Of a stretch of DNA of 64,000 nt, positions 58,780 to 64,000 are shown in pieces. Positions within the stretch are counted from its first letter, which is position 1; each line of letters begins with the position of its first letter. The DNA comes from Verrucomicrobiia bacterium (lineage in GTDB: Bacteria; Verrucomicrobiota; Verrucomicrobiia; Limisphaerales; UBA1319). A program made the position numbers and the translations under genes. The stretch covers positions 384,001 to 448,000 of the forward strand of contig OY760937.1 of assembly GCA_963664225.1 (NCBI GenBank), in the 5' to 3' direction. The notes below the pieces were generated by a model. The model was not told where the DNA came from and did not search any database. It was given only the letters and a program-made list of their open reading frames with translations.

Positions 58780-60051
58780 TTAAAATTTTGCAGCCTCCTG
58801 AAAGAGGCGTTCCTGGATTTCCTCAACTGCTTTCGCAGGGCGGTCGCAGTTAAAGAACATAATCACTCCGACGCCGTCTTCTGGACGGAAAAGCATTTCG
58901 GTCGCAATACCGGGATCATCTCCACCATGGCCCCAGGTCACATCTCCGTTTTTCAGCCTCCCTTTCCTCCAGCATAACCCTCGCCCGAAGTGCTCGACGG
59001 AGAGCATGGTCTGGATGGTTTCTTTTTTTAGGAGTTGTTTATTTCCATAGGCACCGTCCTTGATGCAGGCCCTCAGAAACAGGGACAGGTCCCGGACGCT
59101 CGTGCGGATCAATCCATCCGGGTAGTTGGGGAAACTGTAAAGGCAATGAGCAAGATGCACTCCCGTTCTTAAGGGCTGTCTGTCCATGGGGTATCTGGGA
59201 AGCAGAGTTTCTAAGGTTTTTCCTTCCGGCAATTTAAAATCCTTCGGAATATAAGTATAGGGGATCGCATGATCCGCAATGTTCAAATCTGCCAGATACC
59301 ATTGCGTGCTTTTCATCCCCAAAGGGGTGAAAATATATCCCTTGCAGTAATGGGCAAAATCCTCTCCCGATATAACCTCGACAAGGTAACCCAGAAGCCC
59401 AAATGCCACGTTGCTATAAGCCCCCTTCGCCCCGGGTTTCCAAGTGTGGAAATTTTCCTTTTCGCCATAATATTTGCCCCCTGGCGCCAGATAGCCTTTT
59501 ATCCAGTCTTTGAGGGGGATCGTGGGATCTCCGCAGGCATAGCTGGCGTCGTACGATGGACCGTCCTCGATGGATGACCTGTGCGTCAGAAGCTGCTCGA
59601 AAGTGATGGGATTGTCAGGAAAGTGAGGATTCCGCACTCGAAATGGCAGGTATTTGTTCACGTCGTCGTCCAGCTTGAACCTGCCCCGCTCCCAGAGCTG
59701 CATGACCGCAGTGGCCGTGATTGTTTTTGAGGCCGAACCTATGTTCAGAATCGTCCGGTCGGTCATCGGGGTCTTGTTCTCAATATCAGCCCAGCCGAAG
59801 CCCCGGCTCCAAACCAGCCTGTCATTTTTGACAATGCAGGCACTCAGGCCAGGAACGTTATCGGCTCTGAGTTTTTCCTGGATGAACTCATTCAAGCTCT
59901 GAGACTTGCCAGGAATCAAGCGTGCGACCCCATTGGTGCCCTCGCTGATCCTGAGCTGATCAAGGCCGAAGGTTGCGCACGGCGCGAGGCTGATTCCAGC
60001 CAGACAGCACACCATGACAATCAGCCTGGGGTGATAACTTTTGCAGGACAT
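58780..60051 (-). CDS. Serine hydrolase, beta-lactamase/AmpC-like family
   Basis: SxxK (GSASK), LLTHRS, YSN, HGG; signal peptide after the ATG at 60051. Confidence 0.9.
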   Translation of the reverse strand: MSCKSYHPRLIVMVCCLAGISLAPCATFGLDQLRISEGTNGVARLIPGKSQSLNEFIQEKLRADNVPGLSACIVKNDRLVWSRGFGWADIENKTPMTDRTILNIGSASKTITATAVMQLWERGRFKLDDDVNKYLPFRVRNPHFPDNPITFEQLLTHRSSIEDGPSYDASYACGDPTIPLKDWIKGYLAPGGKYYGEKENFHTWKPGAKGAYSNVAFGLLGYLVEVISGEDFAHYCKGYIFTPLGMKSTQWYLADLNIADHAIPYTYIPKDFKLPEGKTLETLLPRYPMDRQPLRTGVHLAHCLYSFPNYPDGLIRTSVRDLSLFLRACIKDGAYGNKQLLKKETIQTMLSVEHFGRGLCWRKGRLKNGDVTWGHGGDDPGIATEMLFRPEDGVGVIMFFNCDRPAKAVEEIQERLFQEAAKF

Positions 60052-60094
60052 GAGATTCAACCTTTGCGTTCGGGGAGGTTCTGTCAATGCCATT
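60030..60094 (-). repeat. 65-bp direct repeat, copy 1 (TTGACA promoter plus first codons of the serine hydrolase)
   Basis: 58/65 identical to 61463-61527 by manual alignment. Confidence 0.8.
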
Positions 60095-60285
60095 TGGCTC
60101 GCTGGAGAAATTCAGGATTCAGGGTGTTCATTTAAGGCCACATTCAGCGATTCTTTTCATCGTCCATGTGAGACCATATCCAGACCATACTATGGGTGAA
60201 CCCCTTTTAACCCATTTCTGGACCCATGTGAGGCCAGAACCGCATAAAATTATGCGGCGAACCCCTTTTTAACTTTATGATATTA

Positions 60286-61320
60286 TCAATTCGTTTTTTT
60301 GTATGAGCGTCGATACCACAATGTCAAACCGCCCACGCCAGCTAACGCCAGCAAGCTTATGATCGCAATTCGATCGTGTTTTGTGTCTCGTTTTGGTTGC
60401 ATCATAAAAGCAGGCTTAAAATTGTTGCCAATTAACGAATAGGACAGATCGTTCGTCCAAAAGGTGTAATTTCGTTCCATCTTACTGTTGGCGAACATCC
60501 CAGGTATATAGCCATCCTTCTCCAACTGGTCATTTGTGCCCATTGTCAGCGACACAAACTCGTAACGCATTACCTTATCACCGTATTTCTTAACGAATAT
60601 GACCGGTATGCCGGTTGTTTCCGGTTTGTATTCGTACGTAACAGAGGCTCCTTTGAAGTCGCCATCTTGGGAGTATTTCATGGAAGCAGGAAGTCCATTG
60701 GAACCGAGCGATAATTTACCTTTCGCGGACCCGGTTTTAAAGGCATTTCCTCTAGAATCGACCTTTGTCGCAACCGTCGCTGTAAATTGCAAACCGTCCC
60801 ATTTTATAGGCGACTCCCGAATGGACAAAACATCAAGTTGACGAGGAAGCCCGAGAGAAAGCGCGCTGAACATCAAATTGCGGTAATAATCGCCATATTT
60901 GTCAGGAACGCTGCCTCGAGCGGTGGCTTTGTCCGCGATATGGAAATCCTTGTCGCCAACAGTCCAGAGTTGCGTATAGGTGGCTCCGCACACTGATGTA
61001 TTTGATTCGGACGGAATAAATTTGGAGGGATCCTGCTTGTCTGGTTTAAGAAGTTGCGCATACCAAGTGTCGCCCTGATACCCAAAGCGCCACCATTCCT
61101 CATTTAACAAAGTGCCGTCCGTCTTCGAATACTTTCGATATACGACGGCCTCTTTTATAAGCACACTGCCGTTAACGAACCGTTGGAAATTCTGGAGGTT
61201 TGCATCCGCAACCTGTGCAAGGACCAACGGGGTATGGAGCAGAAGGACAATCGCAATCATAAACACAACTGACATGTTTTGATTGGCCCTTTGTCTGTTG
61301 AATGTAATCCGTTTCTTCAT
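60286..61320 (-). CDS. Hypothetical exported protein with C-terminal membrane anchor
   Basis: GGAGG RBS before the ATG at 61320; signal-like segment; C-terminal TM followed by a basic tail (WYRRSYKK). Confidence 0.75.
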   Translation of the reverse strand: MKKRITFNRQRANQNMSVVFMIAIVLLLHTPLVLAQVADANLQNFQRFVNGSVLIKEAVVYRKYSKTDGTLLNEEWWRFGYQGDTWYAQLLKPDKQDPSKFIPSESNTSVCGATYTQLWTVGDKDFHIADKATARGSVPDKYGDYYRNLMFSALSLGLPRQLDVLSIRESPIKWDGLQFTATVATKVDSRGNAFKTGSAKGKLSLGSNGLPASMKYSQDGDFKGASVTYEYKPETTGIPVIFVKKYGDKVMRYEFVSLTMGTNDQLEKDGYIPGMFANSKMERNYTFWTNDLSYSLIGNNFKPAFMMQPKRDTKHDRIAIISLLALAGVGGLTLWYRRSYKKTN

Positions 61321-61462
61321 GTCGAATCCTCCTTTGGCGTTGAGTAAAAGGTTCAAAAACTGAAACCCTGGGCCGGGGTCAAACTTAATATTTTGATCCT
61401 CCCATCCATCATGCATCCGCCTAAGGCTCGGTATCCGGAGGGAAAGTCAAATTGCGGGCCTT

Positions 61463-61527
61463 GGTGATATCTTTCGCAGGACATGAGGCTCAACATTTGC
61501 CTTTGGGGAGGTTCTGTCAATGCCATT
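61463..61527 (-). repeat. 65-bp direct repeat, copy 2
   Basis: 58/65 identical to 60030-60094. Confidence 0.8.
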
Positions 61528-62018
61528 CTGGAAAAGTACAGGGGAAGGATAACCGCAAAGAACGCATAGAAAACAGAAAAATAGGCGGAGAAGAAGGGGC
61601 CACAGATTCACATGGAGCAACACAGATTTGGAACATCGGAGGAAATTCATCCGAAGGGTGCGGAACAAAATTCTTCCGAGAGGACCTTTGTTGAACAACT
61701 CTCCTCGGTCCTCTCCCCGTTCGTGCCTGAGGTTGATTTGGGGCGAGGAGGTGGAATGCGCGATTCGCAAGGTTTTGGCTTTTGGACGCATGGGAGCAGA
61801 GAAGATCGCTGATGGCGCGCAAAATGCGTCGGCGCCAGGTGGACGGGCGGCGCGCACGGAGTGAGGTGACCGAGCAGAACATTCACGGAGCAAAGGACTG
61901 ATTTGAAGCGAGGCGAAAGATGGATTTGATTCAACGCCTACAGCGTTGAGGATTCTGAGGGACGAAGACCCCGTGAGGTTGCCCCGATTTGACGGACACA
62001 GGAGCGGAGCGAAACTTA

Positions 62019-62372
62019 ATGAAAAACCGTATGAAGCAATCTGTGATTCCCGATTCCAAGACTCATCCGAAGTATGATTCTGCATTTAAGCAGGAAGCCG
62101 TGAACCTCTGGAAATCCAGCGGGAAATCGGCAGCCACGGTGGCGGCTGAGTTGGGGATAAAAATGGAGCGGCTCTATGCCTGGCGCGCAAAATATGTGCC
62201 GCTGCCAACAGGGGAAGGAGCCGAAACAAAGACCCGTGAGCAGTTGCTGGCCGACAATGCCGCTTTGTTGCGCGAACTGGACTATGTGCGCCAGCAGCGG
62301 GAGATTCTAAAAAAAACGTTGGGAATTCTTTCGGACCCCCAGAGCAACGCTATCAACGGGTTGAAGCGATGA
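62019..62372 (+). CDS. IS3-family transposase OrfA
   Basis: YDSAFKQEAV..HTH..LYAW, L.RE...VRQQREILKK. The A8C run at 62309-62317 is a probable -1 frameshift site into the open OrfB frame. Confidence 0.9.
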   Translation: MKNRMKQSVIPDSKTHPKYDSAFKQEAVNLWKSSGKSAATVAAELGIKMERLYAWRAKYVPLPTGEGAETKTREQLLADNAALLRELDYVRQQREILKKTLGILSDPQSNAINGLKR

Positions 62373-63211
62373 AAGTCGATCATCCCATCCGCCTGCTCTG
62401 TGAGGCCTTTGATGTGTCTTTTAGCGGCTACTATGATTGGTGCCGACGGCAAATCCAGCCTTCGTTGCGTGCCCGTCAGGACGCCGTATTGAAAGGGACC
62501 ATCACAACGATTTTCAATGGCAGCCGCAAAACCTATGGCAGCCCGCGCATCCAGATCGCCTTGAAGCACCAGGGGCACTGCCATGGTCGCAACCACATCG
62601 CCCGTTTAATGCGCCAGGAAGGCCTGCAGGCGCGTTCTAAAAAGCGTTTCAAGGTCCGAACCACCGACAGCAATCATGATCAGCCCATTGCCCCCAACCG
62701 GCTGGCTCAAGCCGCGCCACCGGACCAACGCAATCAGACTTGGGTCGGGGACATCACCTACATTGCCACCGATGAAGGCTGGCTCTATCTCGCTGGCATT
62801 GAAGACCTTTACAGCCGCCGCATCGTGGGTTGGGGCATGAGCGAGCACATTGACACCGAACTGGTCCTGTCGGCCTGGAACATGGCCTGCATTCAGCGGC
62901 AACCCGAACCCGGATTGCTCTTTCATTCAGACCGGGGAGTCCAGTATGCCAGTCAGGATTATCGCCGGGCGATGGAAACCTCCGGTGCCCTGGCGAGCAT
63001 GAGCCGCAGTGGCAACTGCTATGACAACGCGGCCATGGAATCCTTTTGGAGCACCCTTAAACAAGAACTGGTTTATCGCCGGGTCTTTGCGACCCGAGCC
63101 CAGGCCCGACAGGCCATCTTTGATTACATCGAGACCTTCTATAATCGACAGCGTTTACACAGCACACTCAATTACATGTCTCCTGTTGACTTTGAAAATA
63201 TATCCAAATAA
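62369..63211 (+). CDS. IS3-family transposase OrfB (DDE integrase core)
   Basis: YGSPRI, WVGDITYI, HSDRGVQY, GNCYDNA.MESFW..LK.E, YNRQRLHS.L.Y.SP. Confidence 0.95.
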   Translation: MKVDHPIRLLCEAFDVSFSGYYDWCRRQIQPSLRARQDAVLKGTITTIFNGSRKTYGSPRIQIALKHQGHCHGRNHIARLMRQEGLQARSKKRFKVRTTDSNHDQPIAPNRLAQAAPPDQRNQTWVGDITYIATDEGWLYLAGIEDLYSRRIVGWGMSEHIDTELVLSAWNMACIQRQPEPGLLFHSDRGVQYASQDYRRAMETSGALASMSRSGNCYDNAAMESFWSTLKQELVYRRVFATRAQARQAIFDYIETFYNRQRLHSTLNYMSPVDFENISK

Positions 63212-63588
63212 CCTATATGTGTCTTCTGTGTCCGATTTATCGAAGCAAGCCCACCGGGTAGTCCCCGGCGGACAACCCGGGGCTGAGTGATTTAATCCCT
63301 TCGGGATAAAGAGATGTGTCGAGGAAGTTGGCGCGTTACGGGGGATGCCACCGCGCCGTCGACTGCGTCCTGACTGGGTCCGTACGGTTTAGGCTTTTAC
63401 CAGCTTCCTGAATTTTGTCCTGTGCCCGAAGCACGGGGGCGCACGACAAAAACCTTCGGAATGAATGTCGAACCCTCAGGAAGTCGGTCGGGGTTGAGGT
63501 AACGCGGGCATTTCCGCTCGGTGGATCGCAACCCGAAGCACCAGAGAAGAAGCGGCGTGACGGATGAACGACGCGCGTGTTGAGAATG

Positions 63589-63740
63589 TGCCGCCCCGCT
63601 GGGGCTTTGATTTCGATGGGGGCTTGAGTGCTATAAACATGTCGCGCCTCCGGCGCTTCGGATGCCGGACTTGGCGATGAACGCACGCCGGAATTGGAGA
63701 TTAAAGTGCGCAAAAACGCTCCGTAGGAGCGACATCTTAT
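63589..63740. repeat. REP-like short palindromes
   Basis: GCCCC-GCT-GGGGC, ATGTCGCGCC-TCC-GGCGC and GCTCC-GTA-GGAGC-GACAT hairpins in an intergenic region. Confidence 0.5.
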
Positions 63741-64000
63741 TAAGTCAATCATTTCCCCCTACACGCCGCATTTCCAGATCCCATCCTCCGCGCCTCCGTG
63801 CGACCGAAATCGCGCCGTCTTAAAGCCAGCGCTTAGCAAATAGCCAAAGCGACCTGACTGGGAGGAGGTGAGCCAATTCCAAAGCCGGTTTGGCTTGCTG
63901 GAGAGATTCAGAATACAGGGGGTCCATTCAAGGCCCCATTCAGCCACTCTCTTCATGGTCCATGTGCATCCCAGAACCAAACCGTAATCTAAGCGGACCC

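Larger units (their letters stand above)
61974..63253 (+). mobile_element. IS3-family insertion sequence
   Basis: TG...CA ends with imperfect IRs (TGAGGTTGCCCCGATTTGACGGACACAG vs reverse complement TGGGCTTGCTTCGATAAATCGGACACAG); 3-bp TSD CCG at 61971-61973 and 63254-63256. Confidence 0.92.

Noticed and set aside
63759..64000. Minus-strand frame open to the right window edge
   Set aside because: No recognisable motif; cannot tell whether it is the end of a real gene.

Overview
Bacterial chromosomal window with a gene repertoire typical of Verrucomicrobiota (BspA-type LRR surface proteins, a prepilin-N/H-X9-DG protein, many secreted carbohydrate-active enzymes); the taxonomy is my inference. 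The left ~17.7 kb is accessory. It holds an RHS polymorphic toxin (open at the window edge) with a coupled immunity candidate, then a minus-strand integrative-element-like block ending at a tRNA-Ala/tmRNA-like 3' fragment (17661-17685, probable att site). That block carries a VirD4-like ATPase, ArdC, a CoiA-like nuclease, small plasmid-type proteins, origin-like and hairpin DNA, and AT-rich cargo. The top candidate for an undescribed system is a three-gene AT-rich cassette at 8938-11786: SAMHD1/EF1143-like HD dNTP hydrolase, 2TM + degenerate PLD-like protein, and class I SAM methyltransferase, which looks like a nucleotide-centred anti-phage module. Other cargo is an HNH nuclease and an orphan AbiGi-like protein. 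The rest is host chromosome: CE15, GH78, GH106-like and six-hairpin glycosidases, cdsA-dxr, SRP RNA-dnaX-ybaB-recR, serA and mdh, plus an IS1634-family element (6-bp TSD) and an IS3-family element (3-bp TSD) inserted in a REP-like palindrome. All calls come from reading motifs by eye; no database searches were run.
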